Below are positions 17,259 to 25,769 of a stretch of DNA of 28,344 bases, piece by piece; within the stretch, counting starts at the first letter, position 1, and each line of letters starts with the position of its first letter. The stretch is from a bacterium (GTDB taxonomy: Bacteria > Zhuqueibacterota > Zhuqueibacteria > Oceanimicrobiales > Oceanimicrobiaceae), in assembly GCA_037446635.1 (NCBI GenBank), contig JBBIIG010000054.1:1-28344 (forward strand), written 5' to 3'. Both the position numbers and the translations under genes were made by a program. The notes beneath the pieces were generated by a model that saw nothing but the letters and a program-made list of their open reading frames with translations, did no database searches and was not told the DNA's origin.

Positions 17259-18810
17259 TAAACCCGTAAAACCCCGCAAGGTTAAACACGATACCACCAA
17301 CAAGCAAATTCGCGGCTCCAGTTTGCTGCTGTTTGGCCGGCTGTTGTCAACCGGTATCAACTTCGCTTCACAAGTTTTAATTGTTCGAAGTTTAAGCAAA
17401 GGCGATTTTGGCGCATTCGCTTACGGTTTGGCCATCGTGGCGTTCTTTCAGGGCCTCACCGGCCTTGGACTGAAGCGCGGCATCACCCGCTTTCTGCCCA
17501 TCTACCACGAGCGCGAGGAGTATTCAAAGATCACCGGCACACTGCTGCTGGTGGTCGCCACTTTGGTTCTGATTTCCTCGATCATCATTCTCGCGGTTCA
17601 TCTTTTTCCCGAGCAGGTAGCGCGGTTGGTGAAGGACAAGGATCAGCCGGTGGAATTGCTGCTGATTCTGATTTTTCTGGTTCCCGTGGAATCATTCGAC
17701 ACGCTGTTGGTGTCCTTATTTGCCTGCTTCACCAGCCCGCGCGCCATCTTTGCCCGCAAGTACATCATGGCGCCCGGCTTTCGGCTGGCGGCCGTGCTGC
17801 TGCTGGTGTTTTTTAACGCTCGCGCCACGTTTCTGGCCTACGGCTATCTCATTTCCGGCGCGCTGGGCATTTTGATTTTTATGGGCATGTTTATACATCT
17901 ACTGCATCGCCAGGGCGTGCTGCAGAAGTTGAGCCTCAGCCAGGTCAACGTGCCGGCAAAAGAACTGTTTGCGTTTGCCTTGCCGCTGCTCAGCACCGAT
18001 CTGGTGACCATCGTGATGCATCAACTGGATACCATGTTATTGGGGTACTTTCATGACGCCGCGCAGGTGGGGGCGTTCCGTGCGATTTTGCCGGCCGCGC
18101 ATTTCAATAAAATTCCCATGGAGAGTTTTGCCATTCTGTTTACGCCGCTCGCGGCCCGTCTCTTTGCACGGGGAGACTTTCTCGGCATCAATGAACTCTA
18201 CTGGCGGACGGCCGTGTGGATGTCCATTGTCTCGTTTCCAATTTTTGCCCTCACTTTTTCCATCGCCAAGCCCATTACCGTGCTCCTCTACGGCGCCCGG
18301 TACGAAAGCTCGTGGATTTACCTCAACCTGCTTTCTTTCGGTTATTATTTTAACCTGGTCACCGGCTTCAACGGCTTGACCCTCAAGGTGCTGGGGAAGG
18401 TTCGCTACGTTGTTATCATCAATTTTGTGGCGATGATCGCCAACCTCATTTTTGCCGTGTTGCTGATTCCCAAATACGGCGCTTTGGGCGCCGCCATCAG
18501 CACCACGCTGGCGATGGTTTTGTATAATCTCCTCAAACAGGCTGGCCTGCGTTTGGGCGCGAGCTTGAGCATTTTTGAGTGGAAATATCTGTCGTTTTAT
18601 TTGATTCTCGCCGGCGCCGCCGCCGGCTTGTTCTTAGTGCAGTTCTTAATTCAAAACGTCGTGGTTTTGGTGGTCTTGACCGGCATCGTCACGGTTTTGA
18701 TTTTTCTTTTTTCAAAAGAAAGATTACGGGTGGAAGAAACGTTTCCCGAATTGCTCAAGATTCCAATGATGCGATTTATTCTCAATTTGCAACTTCCGAA
18801 AAAGAAATAA
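17233..18810 (+). CDS. wzx: Polysaccharide flippase (Wzx, MOP superfamily)
   Basis: About 14 TM segments. RSLSKGDFG, DTMLLGYF...VGAF, LLIPKYGALGAAIST. Confidence 0.9.
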   Translation: MEIETPDIDKPVKPRKVKHDTTNKQIRGSSLLLFGRLLSTGINFASQVLIVRSLSKGDFGAFAYGLAIVAFFQGLTGLGLKRGITRFLPIYHEREEYSKITGTLLLVVATLVLISSIIILAVHLFPEQVARLVKDKDQPVELLLILIFLVPVESFDTLLVSLFACFTSPRAIFARKYIMAPGFRLAAVLLLVFFNARATFLAYGYLISGALGILIFMGMFIHLLHRQGVLQKLSLSQVNVPAKELFAFALPLLSTDLVTIVMHQLDTMLLGYFHDAAQVGAFRAILPAAHFNKIPMESFAILFTPLAARLFARGDFLGINELYWRTAVWMSIVSFPIFALTFSIAKPITVLLYGARYESSWIYLNLLSFGYYFNLVTGFNGLTLKVLGKVRYVVIINFVAMIANLIFAVLLIPKYGALGAAISTTLAMVLYNLLKQAGLRLGASLSIFEWKYLSFYLILAGAAAGLFLVQFLIQNVVVLVVLTGIVTVLIFLFSKERLRVEETFPELLKIPMMRFILNLQLPKKK

Positions 18811-20475
18811 ATGCTGGAAACAACCTTAAACACAGAATTTCTGCCCGGCACCAATGTCAAAGGCGATATGGTATCCGCCGACTGGCGATTTTTGCTGCCC
18901 AGCCTCGAAGTGGATAGCGTGGTCTGTTTCGGATTTCCGCCGCTTTCCACCATTCAGGTGTTGGCCAGAATGTGCCGAAAAGTGACGATCGTTTCGGACC
19001 ACAGTTTGAAGCGCGATACCCTCGACAACCAACTCCACGCCCGCAACATCAAAAACGTGGTCATGATTGCGATGAGCGAGTTGACAGCCATTGCCGACCA
19101 AAGCGTTGACCTGGTTCTGGCGATGCGCAAATCGATCATCAGTAAAGTTTTGGGGAACGCGGCCGCGCTGGCGCAGCTTTCAAGAATCGTCAAAAATCAG
19201 GGCGTGATTTTTTTCCGTTTGAGCGGCCTCTGGGATCGCCTGCTGCGCCGCAAAGCGCACAACGCTTTTTTGAAGGACGGTTTCTGCCAGCCGCAGGAAT
19301 TCTGGCTGGCGCCGGCGTTGGGCCGAATGCGCATGGCCGTGCCGCTGGCCGATCGCGATTTGCGGCCCTATTTTATCAACAAAATTCTCGCGGGGCAAAC
19401 GCTCAAAAACCGGCTGCTGAAATCTTACGGCAAAATTTTGGGATCTTATCCGCGCGCGCTGGTGAGCCGCTATTCCGGCGAATTGGCAACCCGCCCGCCG
19501 GAGTACCTGCTAACTTTGGGAAAGACCGCGGGGCTGGATTTATCCGCCTATCGCTGGGGCGTCGCGGCCGGCGGCCGCTACAACGCCAAAAAAATTGTGT
19601 TCTATTTGTTTAATGAAAACGTGGAAAATCCGGAGATCGTCATCAAACTAACTCGCAGCCCGGAATTCAACCCCCGCCTGGAAAACGAGTACCGCGCGCT
19701 GTCGCTGCTGCATGAAAAAAAATTGGCGGAAGACGGCTCGTTTCCGGAGCCGCTATTTCAAGGATATCACGCCGGGCTGGTGGTAGTGGGCCAACGCGTC
19801 ATCGACGGCGAGCTCTTCAGCAAGCGCACCAGCGGCGCGCCCAATTGCCGCTATTTGCGGGCCACGGTGGATTGGCTGCAAACTCTGGCGCTTAATTCCA
19901 AACGCAGCGATTCCGTCAGCTCAGTGGAGGTGGCGGCGACGTTGAAAATTCTGCTTAACCGCTTGTGTGAGATTTATAAAGTGGCGCCGCAGCATTCCGA
20001 ATTTCTGGCACAGCAGATCGACGCCCTCGGTCGCTCACAGCGCAAATTTCCGCTGGTGTTTCAGCACGGCGATGCCGGCAGTTGGAATGTTCTCATCACC
20101 CGCGACGAGCGAGTCGCTTACGTGGATTGGGAAGCCGCCGAGTCGAGCGGCCTGCCGCTGTGGGATCTGTTTTATTTTCTGAAAACGTACGGCACGATCA
20201 TGTTTCGTCTCGCCGGTGTTCATGATTCTTTACAAGCGTTCACCAATAATTTTTTGAACGCTACCGCCATCAAGTCGCTGCTGCTGGATTCCACCCGACG
20301 CTACTGCGATGCCGTGGGCGTCGAAAAAGAATGGGTCGAGCCGCTGTTTTACACTTGCTGGGTGCACCGCGCGCTGAAGGAAGCCACGCGCTTGCCCCGC
20401 GAAAATCTCGACTCCGGGCATTACATCAACTTGCTGCGGCTGGCCATCGAACAGCGCGACCGGTTAGGCATCTGA
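18811..20475 (+). CDS. Degenerate methyltransferase-like N-domain fused to an APH/choline-kinase-like phosphotransferase
   Basis: N-part: DWRFLLP, SVDLV, RIVKNQG. C-part: VIKL...LENEY, QHGDAGSWNVL, VDWE, PLWDL. Confidence 0.78.
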   Translation: MLETTLNTEFLPGTNVKGDMVSADWRFLLPSLEVDSVVCFGFPPLSTIQVLARMCRKVTIVSDHSLKRDTLDNQLHARNIKNVVMIAMSELTAIADQSVDLVLAMRKSIISKVLGNAAALAQLSRIVKNQGVIFFRLSGLWDRLLRRKAHNAFLKDGFCQPQEFWLAPALGRMRMAVPLADRDLRPYFINKILAGQTLKNRLLKSYGKILGSYPRALVSRYSGELATRPPEYLLTLGKTAGLDLSAYRWGVAAGGRYNAKKIVFYLFNENVENPEIVIKLTRSPEFNPRLENEYRALSLLHEKKLAEDGSFPEPLFQGYHAGLVVVGQRVIDGELFSKRTSGAPNCRYLRATVDWLQTLALNSKRSDSVSSVEVAATLKILLNRLCEIYKVAPQHSEFLAQQIDALGRSQRKFPLVFQHGDAGSWNVLITRDERVAYVDWEAAESSGLPLWDLFYFLKTYGTIMFRLAGVHDSLQAFTNNFLNATAIKSLLLDSTRRYCDAVGVEKEWVEPLFYTCWVHRALKEATRLPRENLDSGHYINLLRLAIEQRDRLGI

Positions 20476-20481
20476 TGATGA

Positions 20482-20663
20482 AAATTAAACACCGAAGGTC
20501 ACCGAAAGCCACGGAACGATTGTAAAACTTGACCGCAAAGAACGCAAAGTTGGTGCAGAGATCGCTAATAAATGAACAATTTTTTTTCCTGGGTCCTTTG
20601 CGTTTTCTTAGCGAACATTGCGGCGGCTTCGGTGTTTTTTCGGTGTGCTCAGGTGTTAAATTT
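20482..20663. repeat. Nested imperfect inverted repeat built from short periodic units
   Basis: Outer arms: caccgaa, caccgaa, cacggaa versus ttcggtg, ttcggtg, tcaggtg, with termini matching 11/12. Inner arms: accgcaaagaacgcaaag versus ctttgcg...ttgcgg. Confidence 0.75.
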
Positions 20664-20676
20664 GTATTAGTTTGCG

Positions 20677-21564
20677 ATGATGATTTCCCGCAGAGAATTT
20701 TTGAAGGTCGGCGCGCTGGCCGGTTTGGGTTCGACATTCGGAAGCGTGTTGCCGTTTGCTGGTAGCGAAAACGCAGAAAGCGACTTTTCTTTTGGCATCG
20801 TGGCGGATCTGCATTACGCCGACAAAGGCATGCGCAACAATCGCTACTACCGCGAGTCGGTTATGAAAGTGCAGCAGTGTGTGGAAGAATTTCAATCCCG
20901 CGGGCTGCCGCTGGCCATCGTGCTGGGAGATTTTGTTGATTCCGCGCCCGATCGCGCGGCGGAGTTAGGATATCTGCAAACCATCCGGAAACCGTTTGCA
21001 CAATTTTTGGGAGAGCGTTATCTTGTTCTCGGCAATCATGATCTGATGCGGCTCTCGAAAGACGAATTCTTGGAGCACAGCGGCTTTGAAGTTCCCGGAA
21101 GCTATTATTCATTCGACAAAGGCGGCTACCACTTTGTCGTTCTCGACGCCAATTTCCGGCAGGATGGCGAGCCGTATGCCAGCGGCAACTTTAAATGGCG
21201 CGATACCTACATCCCGCCTTTGCAAATGGAGTGGTTGCGGGAAGATCTGCAAAATGCTGGCGGCCAAAAAACGCTGGTGTTTGTGCACCAGAATTTGAGC
21301 AATGAATCCAACGACTACCGTGTCAAAAATGCGGCTGCAGTTCGAAAAATTTTGGAGGGCTCTCGAAACGTGCTGGCGGTCTTTCAAGGGCACGATCATC
21401 GCGGGGGCTACCGCAAGATCCACAACATTCACTACCTCACGCTGAAGGCGCTGGTCGATGGCGCAAGTTTGGAAAACAACGCTTACGCGATCGTCTCCAT
21501 CTCTGGCGATCAGCGTATCCGGATTCAGGGATTCGGCAAACAGGAAAGCCTGAATTTGATCTAA
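20677..21564 (+). CDS. Tat-exported calcineurin-like metallophosphoesterase
   Basis: SRREFLK twin-arginine signal. ADLHY, LGDFVD, LGNHD, VHQ, GHDH. Confidence 0.9.
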   Translation: MMISRREFLKVGALAGLGSTFGSVLPFAGSENAESDFSFGIVADLHYADKGMRNNRYYRESVMKVQQCVEEFQSRGLPLAIVLGDFVDSAPDRAAELGYLQTIRKPFAQFLGERYLVLGNHDLMRLSKDEFLEHSGFEVPGSYYSFDKGGYHFVVLDANFRQDGEPYASGNFKWRDTYIPPLQMEWLREDLQNAGGQKTLVFVHQNLSNESNDYRVKNAAAVRKILEGSRNVLAVFQGHDHRGGYRKIHNIHYLTLKALVDGASLENNAYAIVSISGDQRIRIQGFGKQESLNLI

Positions 21565-21585
21565 TTAGTTTAGTGAGATTAAATC

Positions 21586-23184
21586 ATGAACAACACCATC
21601 ACTCGCCAATCGTTTTCAGGAACCAACGGCCACTATCGCAAGCCCATCGATTTGAAATTGCTGATGCTGGGCGTGTTGCTTTTGATACTGCCGATTTTAG
21701 GATATCTGGTTTTCACAACCGAGAAGTTAATCATTGTCGCTGGCGTAGCGGGCATCATCGTGGTGGCGGTTTCTTTGCTTAAACCGGAATTTGCCACGCT
21801 GGCGGTGGTGTTTGTGTTCTATTCCAATCTGGCGGTGGTGATGAAAACCCTGCACGGCATTCCGGAGGCGCTGGCCGCCTCGTTCACGCTGCTGCTCTCG
21901 CTGCCGCTGGTCAATTACATTTTTATCAAAAAGCAGAAAGTGGTTGTGGATTATGTGTTCTTACTGATGGTGGTTTTCTTTGTCATCTGTGTGGCTTCAG
22001 CGTTTTTGATGGCCAAGGATTTGGATTTGTCGATCCAATGGCTGGCGGTTTATGTAATGGAAGGCTTAGCGCTTTATTTCCTTTTTTTAAATGTGATAAA
22101 GAATCTCTCCATCCTCAACAAAGTTGTCTGGGTTTTGTTATTTTGCGGAGCGATGCTGGCGGCGATGTCGCTTTATCAGGAGATTTTCAATCAATACAAC
22201 CAGACTTTTGGCGGCCTGGCGCAGCGCTCGCACGAGTTGGAAGAGTTCGACGATTTTCAGGGCGATGTCTATGCCGAGAATCGCGATAAGATTGGCGGAA
22301 AAAACCGCTCCGGCGGCCCGATCGGCAAGCCCAATCGCTATGCGCAAGTCTTGCTGGTTTTAGTGCCCCTTGGCCTATTTCGAATGTGGAGCGAAAAGAG
22401 GATCCTGCATAAATTTATCGCTGGCCTGGCCACTATGACCATCATCGGCGGGTTTTTACTTACCTATTCGCGCGGCGGATTTGTGACCATGGTGCTCATG
22501 TTTTTGCTGCTCGCGTTTCTGCGCTATATCACGCCCAAACAAATTTTGATTTCCTCGGCTTTGATATTGGTACTGATGGCCGTGGCTGCGCCCGGATATT
22601 TTGCCCGCGTGCAGAGCATCACCGGCGCCAGTTCGCTCTTTTCACCGGAGTCCGGCGCCCGCGCCGACGGCACCACCCGCGGCCGCATGACAGAAATGTT
22701 GGCGGCTTTTCTGGCATTTACCGACTACCCGATCTTGGGCGTTGGTCCGGCGCAGTACACGCCGTTTTATTCCACTCACTATCAAGCCGATCCCGACATC
22801 GCATTTCGTCACCTCGGCCGCGCCCGCCGCGCCCATACGCTCTATTTCGAGCTGGCCGCCGAAACCGGAATTTTAGGCTTTGCCACCTTCGTTGCTATTT
22901 TTTCTGTGCTGATGATTCGGCTTTGGGGCATTCGCCGCCGCGCCGTGCGCATCCGTCCAGACCTGGCGCATCTGGCAACCTCGCTCTGGTTCGCGATTTT
23001 TGCCTACCTCGGCACCGCCATTTTTTTGCACCTGGCGTACCAGCGCTATTACTGGTTTATTCTTGCCCTGGCCGGCGCCGCCATTCAAGTTGCTAAAAAA
23101 GAATTAGACGAATCCGAATCGGCGACGGCCAAACCCAGTCCGTTTCTTCAGGACGGCTCTTTGCAGGCAAAAGGGAGTATCTGA
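21586..23184 (+). CDS. O-antigen ligase/polymerase (Wzy_C) family membrane protein
   Basis: Multi-TM. RSGGPIGKPNRYA, LTYSRGG, PILGVGP, AHTLYFELAAETGILG. Confidence 0.88.
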   Translation: MNNTITRQSFSGTNGHYRKPIDLKLLMLGVLLLILPILGYLVFTTEKLIIVAGVAGIIVVAVSLLKPEFATLAVVFVFYSNLAVVMKTLHGIPEALAASFTLLLSLPLVNYIFIKKQKVVVDYVFLLMVVFFVICVASAFLMAKDLDLSIQWLAVYVMEGLALYFLFLNVIKNLSILNKVVWVLLFCGAMLAAMSLYQEIFNQYNQTFGGLAQRSHELEEFDDFQGDVYAENRDKIGGKNRSGGPIGKPNRYAQVLLVLVPLGLFRMWSEKRILHKFIAGLATMTIIGGFLLTYSRGGFVTMVLMFLLLAFLRYITPKQILISSALILVLMAVAAPGYFARVQSITGASSLFSPESGARADGTTRGRMTEMLAAFLAFTDYPILGVGPAQYTPFYSTHYQADPDIAFRHLGRARRAHTLYFELAAETGILGFATFVAIFSVLMIRLWGIRRRAVRIRPDLAHLATSLWFAIFAYLGTAIFLHLAYQRYYWFILALAGAAIQVAKKELDESESATAKPSPFLQDGSLQAKGSI

Positions 23185-23188
23185 AAAA

Positions 23189-23821
23189 TTGAGCGCCATT
23201 TTAAAATCGGAAGAAACCATCGCTGAAAAACCCCCTTCTTGCCTCGCATCTCACGCCTCTTTCGGTTTGGACTACCATCACGATCAAAAACTCCAGCTGG
23301 TACGCCGCCTGGATTGGCGATTTCTGCTGCCGGAGCCGAATCTGAAACGGGTAGGGTATGTTGGTGAAAGCGACCCCGCGCTGGTGACCGCCTTAAAATA
23401 TTTTGCGGATGATGTGGAGATGTTGAATTCCGCCGCCCCCGAGCGGCCGCCGTTTGATTTGATAGTGGCGCGAGCTCAGCGTGCAGCGGAGATCGAATTC
23501 GTTTTCGATTGGTTAAAAGCCGGTGGATGTCTCTATTGGGAAATCCTACCCAAAAATTTTCTCTCGCCGCCGCGTATTGAAAAAATCGCCGGCGAGTTAA
23601 GCCGGATCGGTTTTGTGGAAATCCACGCCCAGTGGCACCGCCCAAGTTTTGAGCGCGCGCTGCATATCATTCCACTCGCTCAAACCGCTTTCCACTATTT
23701 TTTTGCGCCCGAGCGCGGCGACCGCCACAAAAGCGCCGCCGGGCGATTTTTGCAGAAAACCGGTCTATTGAAATACGCCATGACCTGCGTGAGCGTGGTG
23801 GCAATGAAATCGAGTCGCTGA
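23189..23821 (+). CDS. Stand-alone degenerate methyltransferase-like protein, homologous to the N-domain of 18811..20475
   Basis: RRLDWRFLLPEP, PFDLIV, WLKAGG. Fills the gap between neighbours. TTG start is uncertain. Confidence 0.65.
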   Translation: MSAILKSEETIAEKPPSCLASHASFGLDYHHDQKLQLVRRLDWRFLLPEPNLKRVGYVGESDPALVTALKYFADDVEMLNSAAPERPPFDLIVARAQRAAEIEFVFDWLKAGGCLYWEILPKNFLSPPRIEKIAGELSRIGFVEIHAQWHRPSFERALHIIPLAQTAFHYFFAPERGDRHKSAAGRFLQKTGLLKYAMTCVSVVAMKSSR

Positions 23822-23822
23822 A

Positions 23823-24857
23823 ATGAATTTTGTCGTAAATTTTCTTTTGCAAAATTGGCAGCAGCTCGGATTGCAAACGTTGGGCTCGCCTGCTGGGCTG
23901 GTGTCGGTGGCAGCCACGCCGCGCTTTCAAGCTTCCGCGCATGTGATTTTTTTTATACTGACGCCGGCGAATCCCCAACCCATTTTGGTGGTGAAGGTGC
24001 CGCGCCTCCCCGGCGACACCGGCCGCCTCGATCGCGAAGCCGAAAATTTGCGGGCAGTCCAAGCGATGCGCGCCGGCGGCTTCGAGTCCATCCCCAAAGT
24101 GCTGGCGTATGAAGATTATCTCGGCCACCGCCTGCTCGTCGAAACGGCCATTGCGTTTCCAACCATGCGGCCTTCGTTGGTGCGCCGGCAACCTGGAGTT
24201 TGCATCGAAGCTCTGTTCAAATGGCTGGTGGATTTGCACACCGCCTCCGCGCAAAAGAACCGCGAAGATCGAAACTGGTTTCAACGGCTGGTGCAACAAT
24301 CGCTTGAACAATTGGAGAATTGGTTGCCGATGACTTCAGAAGAAAGGCTTCTTTTGGAGCGAACTCGCGAATGCGGCGCGTCACTGGCCGAGTGTTCTTT
24401 ATCATTAGTGGTTGAACACGGCGATCTCAGCTCCCCCAACATTTTGATGAACGATAAAAATCAAATCGGAGTCGTCGATTGGGAACTAGCGCAGCCAAAC
24501 GGCCTGCCAGTGGTCGATCTAATTTTTTTTCTAAACTATGTTGCCTTCTCCAAAAAGAAGGCGCGCAAAACTGCGGATTACATTGCTGCTTTTGCTGAAG
24601 CCTTTTGTGGAAGAAAGGCCTGGGCGACGGCCCACCTCCAGCGTTATTGTGACGCGATGCAAATTTCACGGGCAACCTTGAGACCATTGTTCATTCTATG
24701 CTGGGCGCGCTATGTCGCCGGCCTCGTGCAGCGGCTCAAGCAGCACGAAGCCCCGAATCAAAAACTTTCATCCGAGCAAGTGACGTGGCTGCGCACCAAC
24801 CGGTTTTACGTTTTATGGAAATATGCGGTCGCTCATGTCACCGATCTGGGATTTTAA
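23823..24857 (+). CDS. APH/choline-kinase-like phosphotransferase
   Basis: VVKVPR...LDREAENL, EHGDLSSPNIL, VVDWE, PVVDL. Confidence 0.85.
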   Translation: MNFVVNFLLQNWQQLGLQTLGSPAGLVSVAATPRFQASAHVIFFILTPANPQPILVVKVPRLPGDTGRLDREAENLRAVQAMRAGGFESIPKVLAYEDYLGHRLLVETAIAFPTMRPSLVRRQPGVCIEALFKWLVDLHTASAQKNREDRNWFQRLVQQSLEQLENWLPMTSEERLLLERTRECGASLAECSLSLVVEHGDLSSPNILMNDKNQIGVVDWELAQPNGLPVVDLIFFLNYVAFSKKKARKTADYIAAFAEAFCGRKAWATAHLQRYCDAMQISRATLRPLFILCWARYVAGLVQRLKQHEAPNQKLSSEQVTWLRTNRFYVLWKYAVAHVTDLGF

Positions 24858-24972
24858 TGTAACCCGTGTTCTACGCGGGGAGCGCCGCTTCCCCGAAATC
24901 GCCGCAATGGAAGTAATTATAAACATTGGTCGGAATTGATTTGAGTTTTGATCTTTGTTATTTGGATTAAAA

Positions 24973-25668
24973 ATGTTTACCGTCACGATAATCGGCCCGG
25001 ACGGCGTGGGCAAAAGCACGGTCGTCTCTCGCGTGCGCGAACAATTGTCTAGGCCGGTCAAATATGTTTACATGGGCGATAACGTCGAGTCCAGCAACTA
25101 TATTTTGCCCACGGCGCGCTGGTGGAAGCAGCGCAATCTCGCCAAAAGCAAAGCCGCGAAAACCCAGACCGCGCCCAACATCAATGGCCATTCAAAAAAT
25201 TCCAGCACGAAAATGAATCCGATTCGCGCCATCAAAAAGGCGGTTGGATTTGTGAACCGCATTTTGGATGTCTGGTACCGCTACCTCGTGGCCGGCTATT
25301 TTGTGCGCCGTGGGTTCGTGGTGCTGCTGGATCGCCATTTCACGTACGATTATTACCACTTCGATATTAATCCGGAAAATGGCCGGCCTTCGCTGAAACG
25401 CCGCCTCAACGGTTTTTTGATGAAGCACACCTTGCCCGATCCGGATCTCGTCATCTGTCTCGACGCGCCGGCGGAAGTGATTTTCAAACGCAAAGGCGAG
25501 TTTTCGGTGGAATATATTGAAAGCCGGCGCCGGCAATACAAAAGCCTCGCATCGATCGCCAAAAATTTCGCGCTGGTCGATGCCAATCGCGCGCTCGAAG
25601 TTGTGGTGCAAAATGTTTGTGAGATCATTACTGATTTTGAAATCGCAAAAACGAAGAAGAGTCAATAA
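24973..25668 (+). CDS. Thymidylate-kinase-like P-loop protein
   Basis: IIGPDGVGKST, YMG, LDRH, LPDPDLVICLDAPAEVIFKRKGE. ATG at 24973 chosen. Confidence 0.8.
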   Translation: MFTVTIIGPDGVGKSTVVSRVREQLSRPVKYVYMGDNVESSNYILPTARWWKQRNLAKSKAAKTQTAPNINGHSKNSSTKMNPIRAIKKAVGFVNRILDVWYRYLVAGYFVRRGFVVLLDRHFTYDYYHFDINPENGRPSLKRRLNGFLMKHTLPDPDLVICLDAPAEVIFKRKGEFSVEYIESRRRQYKSLASIAKNFALVDANRALEVVVQNVCEIITDFEIAKTKKSQ

Positions 25669-25690
25669 TGAAGTTGTTGCTGAACAGTAA

Positions 25691-25764
25691 CCCCCCTCAA
25701 TTCCCCCTTGACAAGGTGGGAAGAAATAAGGTTTCCCCCCTTAAAGGGGGGAATTAAAGGGGGG
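25691..25764. repeat. Double-hairpin C-run/G-run REP-like element
   Basis: cccccctcaattcccccttgacaaggtgggaa ... ttccccccttaaaggggggaattaaagggggg: two internal hairpins plus complementary termini. Confidence 0.75.
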
Positions 25765-25769
25765 TGTTT

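Noticed and set aside
20482..20663. CRISPR array
   Set aside because: Units are 7-10 nt and inverted, with no spacers and no cas genes.
20426..20765. Small ORFs on both strands over the nested palindrome
   Set aside because: Explained by the repeat sequence.
23823..24857. Aminoglycoside resistance genes (also 18811..20475)
   Set aside because: Only fold-level APH motifs, and the context is polysaccharide biosynthesis.
23189..24857. Frameshifted pseudogene of the fused X+APH gene
   Set aside because: Clean TGA-A-ATG junction, intact motifs and a distinct N-terminus on the APH gene fit a natural split.
24878..24897. cgggga...tccccg hairpin as an intrinsic terminator
   Set aside because: No U-tract and an imperfect stem.
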